From assembly GCF_036971445.1 (NCBI RefSeq), contig NC_091478.1:107074001-107138000 (forward strand): DNA of 64,000 nt. The letters run 5' to 3'. The DNA comes from Narcine bancroftii. Taxonomy: Eukaryota. Below are positions 37,178 through 51,250 of this stretch, in pieces; positions within the stretch are counted from its first letter, which is position 1; each line of letters begins with the position of its first letter. The position numbers and the translations under genes were made by a program. The notes beneath the pieces were generated by a model. That model was not told where the DNA came from. It worked only from the letters and a program-made list of their open reading frames with translations, and did not search any database.

Positions 37178-38879
37178 TAGTCTCTTTCTGTAAGTTAAAC
37201 CAACTCCTTTTTGCCCTCAAATTTACAATGTTTTGCATGTGACAACTAGTATGACATTTGATAATCACTCTATTTAATCATGGAATTATGTACTACATGT
37301 AGGCTGTCCAATGCATTGTCCTATCTTTTATGAAAGTCTGTAACTATATCAGATTATTTATAATATTTACTCAAGCCAAAAAAAATGTTGAAACCTCATT
37401 GCTTATTACCTTGACTTTGTACGGGTATCTCAGCTGTTCTGATGAAATAGGTTCTAGAATGTTAATGACTCTTCCAGTAGACATTGACTGAACTTTTAAT
37501 TAAACATTACTTGACGACTGCAGAATCTGGATTCAGTCTTCATCCCATGGTGCATAACAGAGGTAACTTATTCTATTAATAATACCAAACAGAAGTTGTG
37601 CGTTTTACTGTTGAGATCATTGAAGTAAAATGTTAATTAATGTAGAGAAACCCCTCTACCTGTCTCTCCATCTCTTACATCTTGTGTTCTATCAACTCTG
37701 GACATCCAGCTTCTTTCCTCCTTTATATGTGTAATTTAGCCTTTTTACTTTAGTCTTGATAAAGGGTTTCCATTCAAAACATTTCTACCTAGGGATGCTG
37801 TCTGACCTGCTAAGTTATCATATCAGCATGGAAACAGACCTTTCAGCCTAACAGGTCCTACCTTCACTTGTCCCATCTGCCTCCATTTGGCCCATAGCTC
37901 TCCAAATCTATCATATCCATCCAAACTTTTCTTAAAAGTTGCAATAGTACCTGTCTGAATCACCACCTCTGGCAGCCTATTCCATCCACTCACCACTCTT
38001 ATATATTAAAAAAAAGTTCATTTAACATTTCTTTGTCTGTCCTGTTAAATGAACATTTAAATTAATTTTGCCTCCCACCCCTCACAAAGCCAAAACCTCA
38101 GAGTGGAATGAGCGCAATATCTTAATATATCTTAATATATACCGCACTGTATATGTCGTGGAACCTTTACTGGTCTTGACTTTATAATCAATTTGAAATT
38201 TTTCAGCTAACCAAACGTACAATGGTTAAAGAACAGCTAATAGTCAGAGTTTTTAAACCATGGAAGTGATATTGAACATTTCAGTAAAATCCATTTAGAG
38301 AAATGAATAGAACGAATTTGAGCATTAATTGAAGCAGTGATGGTTATCAAAATGACTATATTGGAACTCAGCTCCTTAGTCTAATTTTGGAATTACACTT
38401 GCGTTGATTCTGTGACTTGCTTTAGCACCACTGTACGTCCATTGTAGGCTAGGCTGACAACTCTTACCATTCATTCTGTGGCTGGGCTGCAAAAACCTTC
38501 AAATTACTATAGAAGCCAATTCTAACAAACCTGTATCCAATCCAATGCAAACTTACTGCCTTACACCACACTTATTTTCTTCCGCGTACAGACATCTATC
38601 AGGCAGTAACTGGATGATTAACAGTTTAATCTACAGCTGTTGAGTTTGCTGTAAAAGAAAATGAGAAAAGTGTGAATTTAAACACCAAATTAATCAAGAT
38701 TTCAGATCCTTCCAATTATGGATAATTGAATGGACATAGTTGGTTTCATTCATTTCTCCATAAAATCACTGACCAAAGCCATTAAAGAGCTTTTGAATAG
38801 AAAAGTACTCCAAGCGTCCTGAGGTAATGAGATCTTATGTAAAGGCAAGTTCTTTTTATTTGTCTAATTGTAGCTTCTG

Positions 38880-41635
38880 AACCATAGAAAACTACAGCAC
38901 AGAAAACAATCCAATCAGCCCTTCTAGTGTGTGCTGACCATTGTTCAGCTAGTCCCACTGGCCTGCACCCATTCCAAAACCCTCCAGACCTCTCCCATCC
39001 GTGTATCTATCAATTAATTCTTAAAACTTGAGCCCACATTAACCACTTCAGATGGCAACTCGTTCCAAACTCCCACCACTCTCTGAATGAAGTTCCCCCT
39101 AAACCTTTCATTCTAAAGTCATGTCCTCTCACATTTATCCCTCCCAATCTAAGTGAAAAGAGCCTACTCACAGTTACTCAGTCTATTCCCCTTATAATTT
39201 TATAAACCTCTATCAAATTTCCCCTAATTCTTATACCCACTAAGGAATAAAGTCCTGATCTGTTTAATCTTTCCCTGTAACTCAACTGAAGACCTGGCAA
39301 CATCCTAATAAATCTTCTCTGCATTCTTTCAATCTATGGATATCCTTTCTGTAGTTTGGCAACCAGAACTGCACATAATAATCCAAATTTGGCCTCACCA
39401 ATGTCTTATTCAACCACACCATAACATCGCAGCTCATGTACTCAATACTTTGATTTATGAAGGCAAAAATGCCAATAGCTTTCTTCACGACCCTGTCTAT
39501 CTGTGACACCAACTTTAGGGAATTATATATGTGTATTCCCTGATCTCTATTCCTCCGCATTCCTCAGTACTCTACTATGTACGTTCTACCTTGGTTTGTC
39601 CTACCAAAATGCAGCACCTCACACTTGTCTGCATTAAATTCCATCTGCCATTTTCTGGCCCATTTTTCCAGTTACTCCAGATCCCTCTGCAAGCTTTGAA
39701 AGCCTTCCTCACTATCCACAATGTCTCCAATCTTAGTGTCATCAGTAATCTCCCACAGTATCATCCAGATCATTGATTTTTTTCAACAAACATCAATGGT
39801 TCCAGCACCAATCCCTGAGGCACACCACTAGTCACAGGCCTCCAGTCCGAGAAGCAATCATCCACTACCACTCTCTGTCTTCTCCCATTCAGTCAATTTC
39901 AAATCCATTTTACAACCTTACAATGGATAGCATCTGAACTAACCTCCCATGTGGGACCTTTCAAAGCCCTTACTAAAGTCCACGTAGACAACATCTACAG
40001 CCTTTCCTTCATCTACTTTCTTGGTAACTGCCTCAGAAAACTCTACAAGATGCATTAAACATGACCTACCATGCTGCTGACTATCCTTAATCAGTCCTTG
40101 GCTGTCCAAATACTTCTATATTCTATCTCTCAGAACACCCTCCAATAATTTACCCACTACTGACATTAGGCTCACCAACTTGTAATTTCCTGGTTTACTT
40201 TTGGAGCCGTTTTTTAAACAATGGAACAACGAGCTACCCTTCCCTCCAGCACCTCGTCTGTGGCTAAGGACATTTTAAATATTTCTGCAGGGCCCCTGCA
40301 ATTTCTACACTAGTCTCCTTCAAGGTCCGAGGGAATATCATGTCAGACCCAGAGGATTGATCTACCTTTATTCTTTGTAAGGCAGCAAGCAACTCCTCCT
40401 CTTTAATCCCTCCATGTTCCATGCCAATACTGCTTGTTTCCCTTCCTTCCTTGTACATCATGCCAGTTTCCTGATGCAAAAATCACTGTTTAAGATCTTA
40501 CCCATCTTGTTAGGCTCCACACATAGACGACCATTCTGATCTTCTAGGGGACAAATTGTCCCTTACCATCCTTTTATTCTTAGCATACTTGTAGAAACCC
40601 TTCGGATTTACCTTCACATTATGTGTCAAAGCAACCTCATGTCTTCTTGCCTTCCTGATTTGCTTCTTAAGTATTTTCTTACATTTTATATACTCTTCTA
40701 ATACCTAATTTGCTCCTTGTTGCCAAGACCTGCTATACTCCTCTCTCTTCCCCTTTACCAGATTGCAAATATCCCTTGAAAACCAAGCTTCCCTATGCCT
40801 GTTAACTTTTCCTTTAATCCTGGCAGGAGCATGCAAACTCTGCTCTCTCAACATTTTGCCTTTGAAGACCTTATTCTTACTGAACACATCCTTGCCAGAA
40901 ACAACATCCCAGATCCTTCCTCGTTTCCACAAAATTGTCCTTTCTCCAATTTAAAATCTCAACTCAAGGACCAGGCCTATCCTTATCCTATGGTCACTGG
41001 ACCCAAAATGTTCGCTTCCACATTAATCTGTCACTTGGCCTGTCTAGTTGGAATTTAGAAAGTTTTCCTGAACACATTTGACCAACTCCAAGCCATCCAG
41101 CCTTTTTATAGTGTGGGAGTCTCAGTCAATATGTGGAAAGTTAAAATCTACTATCACAACGTTCTGTTTCTTACATCGGTCTGCTATCTCTCGACAGATT
41201 TGCTCCTCCAATTCTCTCTGAATATTGGGTGGTCTATTATACAACCCTATCAGTGTGGTCACACCTTTCGCGTTCCTCAGCTCCATCCATATAGCCTCTG
41301 TCATCGAGCCCTCTGGGCTGACCTGTCCAAGCACAGCTGTTATATTTTCCCTGACTAGCAATCCCACACCGCCCCCTCTATCACACAAAACCCCAGAACA
41401 TTGAGCTACCAGTCCTGCCCCTCCAACTAAGTCTCACCAACAGCAATAATGTCATAATCCCACATGCTAATTCATGCCCTAAGATCATCTGCCTTTTTGA
41501 CCGTACTCCTTGCTTTGAAATAAATACAGCTGAGAACATTTCTATCACGTACAAATCTTTGATTTCTGTCTATACATGCAGTCCTCATGTGCCTCACTAT
41601 CTACTCTAGCCCCATCCCCCTGCCCATCTAGTTTA
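38880..41635 (-). mobile_element. Large decayed CR1 LINE (APE endonuclease through RT to 3' tail)
   Basis: - strand peptides 'RGGGVGLLVRENI...EAIWMEL...LIGLYNRPP...VIVDFNFPHID', 'KVDQSSGSDMIFPRTLKE', 'LVRPNLDYYVQFWLPNYRKDI'; many frameshifts. Confidence 0.85.
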
Positions 41636-43749
41636 ACTCGCCCCCCCCCCCGAGCAAATGTGAAATCGCAAAAGCTGCAATGATCCAACAAAGATGAAAG
41701 CTGAAACCCAGCAAGAATGTCAGTACTTCCCCTCTTTCACAAACAAAGCCAAGAAATCTTGATGGAGAATAGAAGCTGTAATATCCTAATACATTATGGC
41801 TAATAGAGAATATATGGGTGTTAATATTAATTTGAAATTTTAAGTTGACTAAAGTTAAAATGTTTGAAGAGCTGACAATGGAGTAATAAAGATCTAACCC
41901 TGGAAAGCATTATGCACCTCAGGAAAATCAATTTGGTAGAAATTACAATGAACATACATGACTTTGTCACAGTGAAACAGCAGGATAACTAGCTTAAAGG
42001 AACCTGTTAAACTGCAATTAAAGTTTTCAATTTAGTTCCATTATCTCAATTCTCTATTAATTTGACTTTTAACTGGAGGTTCTTTTATAACTGTTATTTG
42101 CATCAGTTGGAGCTAAGTACCATTAGGTTACCTGGAATTCCCACTAATTTAGTGAGGTCAAAATCAGAGAAGAAAATAATTAAACAAAATCTAAAGATAA
42201 TGTAACATTTATAGGTGTAATAAAATGTAGTTTTACATTAAAAACAATGTTATGTGCGTGAAAATGTCAATTTCTGAACTTATGAACACTTAGACGCAAC
42301 TTAATTAAATTGCAACATTAAAATGTAATTTCATCTTTTATAAGTTTTTTTAAATATCCAATCTGAAATGATATATGGAGTTAAGAAATTTAAAGTTATT
42401 AGAATATATTGCAATGCTGCAGTTAATACATGGGATTGTGTGTGATATTAAAACCAGAAAGGCCCTAGTTTGTTTTTAAATATGATTGTAGAGTAAATCT
42501 CCATGTCCTGACGGGAAGTGCAAATACAATGAAGGTGGGTGATGTTCCTGATGCCTGAGTCTTTCTATCTTAGTGAGATTGTGGAGGTCTGCTCTCATCT
42601 TTTGAAATTATTCCAGAATGTGTGAGACAACCTTATAAAGTTGACACAAATAATTTAATAAACTATGTTGTCTGCTACTGAAGTATACTCATCTGTACCA
42701 CACCCAGGGAATGATCACCCAGTATGATGAAGACCAAGCAGGTTTTAGCATGAATAAAAAGGATGGGCTTGATTCTGCAAGACCATGCACAAGTGTAATC
42801 CAACTAATTAACCTCTTTTATTGCACATAGTTATTGTAGGATCAAGAGTGATGTATTTGGTATATCTTAACTGGGAACTCTTTGATCTATCATGTTGTAG
42901 CAACTGGGAAAGAAACATTGTAAAATAGGTGGCTGATTCAACATGTTAGTTTCCAAGTTAATTCCACTTGCTCAATATTTAATTGTTGCTATTTTGATAT
43001 GAATACAAAAACATTTATTAGTTCAAATTTACTGTTTCTTTTAATAATTTTATAAACACAATTTGAAAAAAAAAAATTCTTTGTATTCTCAGTAGTGTAG
43101 TTGTGTTCCCAAAGTTATACAACATGGAAACAGGCCCTTGGAATCATCTCGTTCTTGCCAACCAAGGTGCCCAACAGTGCAAATGCCTAAAATTGGCCCA
43201 TATACCTCCAAGCTTTCCTATCCATGTACCTGTCCAAATATCTTTGAAATGTTCTAATTGTCTATAACTTCCCTTGGCAGCTTATTCCACATATGTGAAA
43301 AAGTTGCCTCTCTGCACCTTTTTAAATCTTACCTTGCCTTAAACCTTTCTACTCCAGTTTAAGACTCTTCATCCCTGGGAAAAGCCTGAATGTTCACCTC
43401 ATCCATTTGTCTTATGATTTTTATACCTCTTAAGTCTCCCCTCAGCTTCCTATCCTCAAGGGAGAAAGAAAAATCTAGCTCATCAACCCCCTTCTTCTAA
43501 CTCAGTCTCTCTACCCTTCCCCAGTCCCTATAACATGCTCATGAATCTCTTTTTTGCACTCTTCACGTTAATGACATTCTTCCAAAAACGTAATGACTAG
43601 AACTGCCACCATAGAAGGATGAACAAAGGAACTGGGAGGTAATACATCATGAACAGTTATTAAGAGCATTAGAAGAATTGTTATATCCTCACATTAACCC
43701 TTCCTCGAGAAACCAGTTTAGAATTAATATGCTCAAATTTAAATGATTC

Positions 43750-44771
43750 TGTTACGAGCCAAAAGTACCCCAAAACCCAGCATCAATAGACATTCACCAA
43801 GTAGTTACTTAAACAAAAATTGTTTTTAATTATCCTTAAACATGAAAACAGAATTAAACTTTAATTTATCTCTATTAACTTAACTAACCTTAATCCCCTT
43901 CAAATTCTAAGCGCTCATGTAAGATGTGTGTAAATTTAAGAAAAGTTATTTGGTTCACTGTTCAATCTCACTTCTCATTCTTCCAAGTTCACTGGTTGTA
44001 GGCAATTCTTAGACTGTGCACAGAATTAAACATGTATAAAGTTCACCAGGCTCTGGTACTCAAAAGGTAAATGTTTACCGCTCAGGAAGGTTCTTTGGAG
44101 GTTTGCAGAGAGATATTTGTTGTTCCAGGATTTCCACAACTGAGGTACTTCCCTCAGTCACCTCAATATCTTGCTGATGAAACTTGCCCCATCACGGTTC
44201 TCCAGATGATCACCTCTTTCTTTCAGGTTAGTACAGAGTTCCTTTCTGTTCTACTTATTCCAAGAGAAAGATCAGACAGATACCACTTCCAGCCATCCGC
44301 CGCTTGGGAGCTTTCTGTTTCAGTTCCAACAAGCTTTTCCTGCTTGCTTCAGCTGTGACTGTTCAGTCTCTCTCTCTCTCTCTCTCTCCATCCTCCAACT
44401 GCTAGAAAGCCCATGTGACTCTCTCACTTGCCACAAACCCCCACCTTCTCCATCAATAGGAGTTAGTCTTTTGCTCCCATCTGTTGTCTTAGGTAAAACT
44501 TCTCATTGACTTTTGAGTGAGTCCTTTGCAGAAAGGTCAGAAGCTTTGTAAATTGTTCAACACAGACAACCTGTCTCCAGTTGATTCATTTGATGACATC
44601 ATTTCAATTACCACTTACTTGTGGAATGTGTCTAGCATTTTTCATAGTTTCTGTAAAGTTCACTGAATATGAATTCTTCAGCATTTCAATTAAGATCTGT
44701 TTTAAAATGTGTGTATATATGTAACCTACTCTAATTTTACCAATTATCTCCCAAATATGTAGTCCATTACA
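43750..44771. mobile_element. Second solo-LTR-like copy related to 29945-30886
   Basis: Starts TGTTACGAGCC...aaaacccagca..., colinear with the first copy for ~500 bp. The 3' end is uncertain. Confidence 0.7.
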
Positions 44772-44836
44772 GATACACAAATTTGTCCTGAATAACTGAT
44801 GCATGGAGAGACATAGGTGGTACAGGTACTGTACAT

Positions 44837-45772
44837 CAGTGGTTCTCAACCTTTTTCTTTCCACTCACATACCACTTTTAAGTATTCCATATGCCACAAG
44901 TACTCTGTGATTAGTAAGGGATTCTTAAGGTGGTATGTGGGTGGAAAGCAAAAGGTTGAAAACCACTGTTTTAATCATCCCTCATTGACTCGTTATGTGG
45001 ACAGTTTCATAGGAAATGGGCCAATGACAATTTTTCTCAAGCAAAATATTTCAGTAACAATTGGGGCTAGAGCAGTGGTTCTCAACCTTCCTTTCCTACT
45101 CACATTCCATGTTAAGCAATCCCTTATTAATCACAGAGCACCAACGGCATAGGGATTATTATGGCTCCTAGAACGCTTCCACCAGCGTTGTCTCCGCTCC
45201 ATCCTCAACATCTATTGGAGCGCTTTCATCCCTAACGTCGAAGTACTCGAGATGGCAGAGGTCAACAGCATCGAGTCCACGCTGCTGAAGATCCAGCTGC
45301 GCTGGATGGGTCACGTCTCCAGAATGGAGGACCATCGCCTTCCCAAGATCGTGTTATATGGCGAGCTCTCCACTGGCCACCGTGACAGAGGTGCACCAAA
45401 GAAAAGGTACAAGGACTGCCTAAAGAAATCTCTTGGTGCCTGCCACATTGACCACCGCCAGTGGGCTGATATCGCCTCAAACCGTGCATCTTGGCGTCTC
45501 ACAGTTTGGCGGGCAGCAACCTCCTTTGATGAAGACCGCAGAGCCCACCTCACTGACAAAAGGCAAAGGAGGAAAAACCCAACACCCAACCCCAACCAAC
45601 CAATTTTCCCCTGCACCCGCTGCAACCGTGTCTGCCTGTCCCGCATCGGACTTGTCAGCCACAAACGAGCCTGCAGCTGACGTGGACTTTTACCCCCTCC
45701 ATAAATCTTCGTCTGCGAAGCCAAGCCAAAGAAAGAAAATATGAGTGGAATGAAAAAGGTTGTGAACCACTG
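44837..45772. mobile_element. hAT/Charlie-type MITE interrupted by an RTE insertion
   Basis: TIRs CAGTGGTTCTCAACC...GGTTGTGAACCACTG; 8-bp TSD ctgtacat/atgtacat. Confidence 0.8.
45163..45738 (+). mobile_element. 5'-truncated RTE LINE, near-identical to the 3' end of the 14542-16624 copy
   Basis: ORF 45252-45680 differs from the C-terminus of the 680-aa ORF at only a few residues. Confidence 0.92.
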
Positions 45773-47059
45773 ATGTACATAGTTCCCTCAAAGTGACATT
45801 ACAGATAGGGTGGCGAAAAGGGCATTAAGAACGTTTGCTGTCATCTTTCAGGTCATTGAATACAGGAGTTGGGAAGCTCTATTACTGCTGAACATAAAAT
45901 GTATGATAAATCTTTAGTACATAAAATTGATTTGGGTTCCATGTGATGCTTCAATTGTTTATTTTCACTAACAGGATACCTTCCATAACATGGAAGCAGC
46001 ACTCTCATCTTAAATTTCCACAGAGAGCAGGCCCAGACCCCCGAGTTGTATGTCAAAAATAGGAACTTCTGGCAGATTTTGTCCAATAATATTTTTCCTA
46101 CACTGCTCCTAACCTCAACACATTGACAATACATGTAGATTTGGAGCCCTCATTTCCATCTTCAATCTTGTTACACACTTCCATTGCCGCTGACTTAATT
46201 GTCCTTTCTGCAGTTCTTGAAATTAATGACCTTATTGACTGTAATCAATTCTCAAACCATTGGCCTCCATTAATTTAACTAAAACAACAAATGAAATAGT
46301 GCCCCATTGAAGCTAAGAATTTAAATGAGGCTAAAAATCAAATAATAAACTAATCAAACAAGATGTAGCTTGGACAAAGAAATAAACATAATTGTAAGAG
46401 GGATGAAGCCTGTTACACCCAATTGACCGACAACCCAATAGGTTTTGAAGGGTGGGAGGAAACCGGAGCCCTCAGAAGAAGCAAACTGATTCAGAGAGAG
46501 AACGTACAAACTCCTTATAGCAGCACCAGGTTCAAAGTCTGGACACTGGTGCTGTAACAGTGTTGTGCTAACTAACTGTGCTGCCCTCACCAAGACTTAA
46601 TATACAGTATCATATTGGACCACAGTGGTAAAAGCAGAATGTATAATGGATATCAACAGCTTGAGGTAGTGGAATGCAAAACACTTGAAATGCAGCAAGA
46701 CTCACCAGGAGACACAAGAGGCTGCAAAACTGGAATCTTGAGCAAAAAACATGCAACTGGTGGGAGTTAGCAGAATCTGTGAAGGAAAAGAGGCAATTGA
46801 CATTTTGAGTGGAGATTCTGCATCAAAGCCAAAAAGACATTGAAATCTGGATTGAGTGGTATGTATAGGAATACACAGGGCATTCAAAACATAATTGGAG
46901 AGATGGACATATCATTAATCTATAGAAATAAGAAATAGAGTGAAAATTATACGATAAAATAAAAAGATTGATCATTGAATGTGATTGAAGAGATGTCACC
47001 AGAATAAAAGGCCATTATGGAGAACTATAGGGATCATAATTAAACAAAGAATTTAACAT

Positions 47060-47770
47060 GGCATTTGTAGTAAGTTTGATGTCAGTGGTGGGTAAATTAA
47101 TGGAAAGTATTCTTAGAGATAATATGTATAAGTATCTCAAGGGGCACCCAACATGGGTTTGTGAGACGAAGATCATGTTTGACAAATCTTGTAGAATTTT
47201 TTGAGGAAGTGACTAGAAAGGTTGATGTGGTCTATTTGGATTTCAGTAAGGCTTTGATAAGGTTCCACATGGAAGGTTGGCTAGGGATTAATGTTGAGAT
47301 AGTCAGATGTGTTCAACGGTGGCTAGAAGATAGGTGCCAGAGAGCCGTGGTTGTCAGGATGGAGGCCAGCGACGAGCGGTGTACCTTGGGGATCGGTGTT
47401 GGGTCCCTCGTTCATCATTAACATTAATGATTTGTATGATAAGAGTGGTAAATTGGGTTAGTTAATATGTAGACAATACAAAAATAGGGGGAGTTGTGAA
47501 TAGTGCGGATGGTTTTCGGGGACTGCAGAAGGATTTGGATGGCTTAGAAGAGTGGGCTGAAAGGAGGCAGATGGAGTTTAATGTTGATAATTGTGAAGTG
47601 CTTCATTTTGGGAAGAATAATCAAAACAGGGCATATGCAGTGAAGGGGAGGGGGGCATTGAGGAATGCAGAGGAACAGAGAGATCTTGGTTCATCATTCT
47701 TTGAAAATGGATTCTCATGTACATAGGGTGGTAAAGAAAGCTTTTGGTATGCTGGCCTTTATAAATCAAA
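47060..47770 (+). mobile_element. Decayed CR1 RT fragment
   Basis: 'RRSCLTNLVEFFEEVT...VDVVYLDFSKA' and 'LQKDLDGLEEWAERRQMEFNVDNCEVLHFG'. Confidence 0.85.
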
Positions 47771-48329
47771 GCAAAGCAGCTCACTTACCAACACATCTCA
47801 AAGGCATTATGGATGGGAGATAAATGCTAACCTTAGTGTTAATATCCACATCTAAAAATGAAGTTAAAAAAAAACTTACTTTCACTTATTTGTAGCCTTG
47901 CAATCTCCTTTGCAATTACTGAGTTTTCCAGACTTCATGTCATGATAGAACATGCTTACCGAATGATGTACATGTTTTACATGCACTTGTTCCAACTGCA
48001 AAATAGAGAAAAATGGAAAAGTTGTAATTCTTAAAACACAACAGGATGTGGTTGACAATCCTTTCTGTTTTAGATTTGAAATTTAGAAACCATCAGCAAC
48101 ATGTTACCTGAATATTCTCTAATCTTTTATTGGCTTAGCTCCCCATTTTGTGTCAGTCAGTTGGTATACAGGCAAACGCGTTTAATTCATCCCAATTTTT
48201 ACCTGCGCAAGACAAATTTGTGTTAAGTGGTTAATAGAATCAATAGGAATAATTACAATGAATCCCTGTCCTTTCAGATTGTCCATAAAAATGTTTTAAA
48301 AACAAAACTTATAGCTGCATATAATACCA

Positions 48330-48630
48330 AATCCGGAGGCTTTTGGAAGGTCATGCCTGCTCCTTTCTGGACCTCCAGACTTAAATGCCTGTGATCTAGC
48401 TCTCAGGATTTCATTCTTGATCCAGGGCTTCTGATTGGGAAAATCCCTGAAATGATTTGGTGGGGACATATTCATCCACAGCTGTTTTGATAAAGTCTGT
48501 GACACTCCAAAGTAATCATTCATATCCTCAGCTGAGTCCTTGAATATTACCCAGTCTGCTGACTTGAGAATGAGCTGAAACAGTTCTTCAACCTCTTGTG
48601 ACCACATTCTACGTACTCTGTTTGTGGCTT
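48330..48630 (-). mobile_element. Rex1/L2-type LINE fragment
   Basis: 'VRRMWSQE...ADWVIFKDS...FPNQKPWI'. Confidence 0.6.
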
Positions 48631-49139
48631 TCAATATTCAAAACGTTTCAATGAGATCGCCCCTCATTTTCCTAAATTTCAATGAGTACCGGTCAAACGT
48701 TTTTCATACGATAACACTTTCAGTCCTGGAATCATCCTTGTGAACCCTCTCTAACTTCAGCACATCCTTTCTTAAATGAGGAGCCCAAAACTACTCACAA
48801 TCCTCCACGTGAAGCCTCTCCAGGGCCTTATAAAGAAAATACACTTTACAACATAAAACACTTCTCATGCAAATAATTTAATTGCTCTGAGAATATAAAC
48901 AGTTTAAATTCTGCTAACATAACTGATAATCAGCAAGATTCTTGAAGAAATTATACAATCACTACTTTAGAACACCAAAAATTGTGAAATCCATTTTCTG
49001 TGTGGATATCTGGCTTGGTTTCCATACCAAGAATAATCATTTCTCCCACAGAAGAATGACAATTTTTCTCTTGTTCTTTGTTTAAAAACAGGAAAGAAAA
49101 AAATGGGAGCACTCAGGTATCAATGCAGTCAACTATCCA

Positions 49140-50210
49140 CGCAGCCAGAGGAGATGAGCAAGGTCTTCAACAAGTATATCTCCTGTTTTTACTATGGAGA
49201 AAGACATGAGGACCAGGGAACTTGAACAGTCAGTGGTAGTGTCTTGGGAACAGTTAGTATTATGGTTGAGGAGAGGGTCCTCTTTGAGGAAGTAATGAGC
49301 AGAACAGACAAAAGAAAGTCAGTGGATGTGGCTAATTTGGCTTTTGAAAGCAGTTCATGTTATGGGGAAGATACTGGCTGCCTGCTGATGACGAGTGATG
49401 TTACGCAGGGGCCAGTGTTGGGCCCACTACTTTTCACCCTGTATATAAATGATTTGGATGATGGAATGGATCGCTTTGTGTCAAGGTTGTAGATGACGTG
49501 CAGGTAGGTGGAGGGACAGGAAGTAGGGAGTCTGCAGAGGAACTTGGATAGGTTGAGAGAATCGAGACAAGCTTATTCTCATCTGATTGTACAAGTACAA
49601 CCCGATGAAGCTGTTCCTCAGCCTGGAGGAGCTGGCTCTGATACTCCAATATCTCTTCCCCGATGGAAGCAGCTGAAAGATGCTGTGGGCAGAGTGGAAG
49701 GGGTCCTCAATGATTTTGCACGTCATTTTCAGACAATGAACCTGGTAGAACATGTCGACGTGATGCAGCTGGCCAGGATGCTTTTGATAGAGCTCCTATA
49801 GGTGGTTGACGTAATGGTGGCCAGTAGGTGTTGCCAGTCTGCATTTGAAGTGTTGTGAGGAGTTTTGAGCTCCATATCTAAGGAAGGCACTGGAAAGGGT
49901 ACAGAAGAAAAATGGTCCGAAGGATAAGAAGGTTAACATAAAGGAAGATTGGATATGGAAAAGAGGTTTCCAGTGGTGAGAGATTCTAGGATCAGAGGGG
50001 CAGCTTCAGAATAAAAAGACTGTGCTTTAGAACAGAGATGAGTAATTTCTCTAGTCAGAGGATGTGAATCTGTGGAATGTGTTACCACAGATGGCTGTGA
50101 ACCCCATGTCATTGGGTATATTTAAAGCAGAGGGCTGCAAAGTTCTTTATTAGTAAGGGCATCAAAGGTTCGGCAGAGAAGGCAGGAGAAAGAGGGTTGA
50201 GAGTAAAAAA
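49140..50210 (+). mobile_element. Decayed CR1 fragments interrupted by an inverted Rex/L2 piece (~49565-49830)
   Basis: 'VTQGPVLGPLLFTLYINDLD' on +; 'KIIEDPFHSAHSIFQLLPSGKRY' on -. Confidence 0.7.
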
Positions 50211-50214
50211 TACA

Positions 50215-51250
50215 GCCCTCACCCACCTGGAAAACAAGGACTCGTAGTTGAAGCTGTTTATTGACTTCAGTTCAGCATTCAACACAATCGTACCACAGGA
50301 CCTGATAAGGAAGTTGAGCCTCCCTCTGCAATTAGATTTTCGACTTCTTGTTGGGGAGAACTAAGGCAGTCCAGATCGCTAACAGCACCTCCAAGAGCGT
50401 CACACTGAGCATGGGCCATGTGCCGAGTCCACTGCTCTTCACTCTGTACACAACTGTGCAGCTAAACACAGCTCGAACCACATCGTCAAGTATGCCGATG
50501 ACACGACTGTGATGGGCCTGATCAGTAAGAATGTCAGCGTAAAGAGATGAGGTGCAGTTGCTAACGGACAGCGCAGAGTCAACAACCTGTATCTGAATGT
50601 TAAAAAAAACAAAAGAGGTGGATGTCAACTTCAGGAGGGCCCAGGGAGACCTTGCTCCCCTGACCATTGACAGATTCACTGTTGAGGTCGTCAAGAGAAT
50701 CAAGTTCCTTGGAGTGCTCCTGTCGGAGAATCTCGCCTGGTCCCTCAACTCCAGCTTCATAGTCAAGAAAGCCCAGCAGCGCCTCGACTACCTGCGAAGG
50801 CTGAGGAATGTCCATCTCCCACCCTCCATTCTCACTACATTCTACAGAGGATGTATCAAGAGCATCCTGTGCAACTGTATCACCACCTGGTTTGGTAGAT
50901 GTACCTCCTTAGACTGCAAGATCCTGCAGAGGATAGTGAGGTCAGTGGAAAAGATCATCGGGGGCTCCCTTCCTACCATGAAGGATTTCTACAACACTCG
51001 TTGCAGATGAAAGGCAATAAACATTGTGAAGGACTCCATACACCCCTCATGTAAACTGTTCTCCCTTCTGCCATCTGGGAGGAGGTACTGCAGCATTTAG
51101 GCCCTTATATCCAGATTGGGCAACAGTTTTTTTTCCCCCAATCAGATACCTGAATTCCCAAACATTGGATAGGATACCATGGACTGTTCTAACATATTTA
51201 TGTAAATATGCTCTGTGGTCCTGGAGAAACACTATCTCATCCTCACTGTG
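50215..51250 (+). mobile_element. Rex1/Babar- or L2-type LINE RT fragment
   Basis: LFIDFSSAFNTI, KYADDTTV, KTKEVDVNFRR and VKKAQQRLDYLRRL motifs with frameshifts. Confidence 0.85.
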
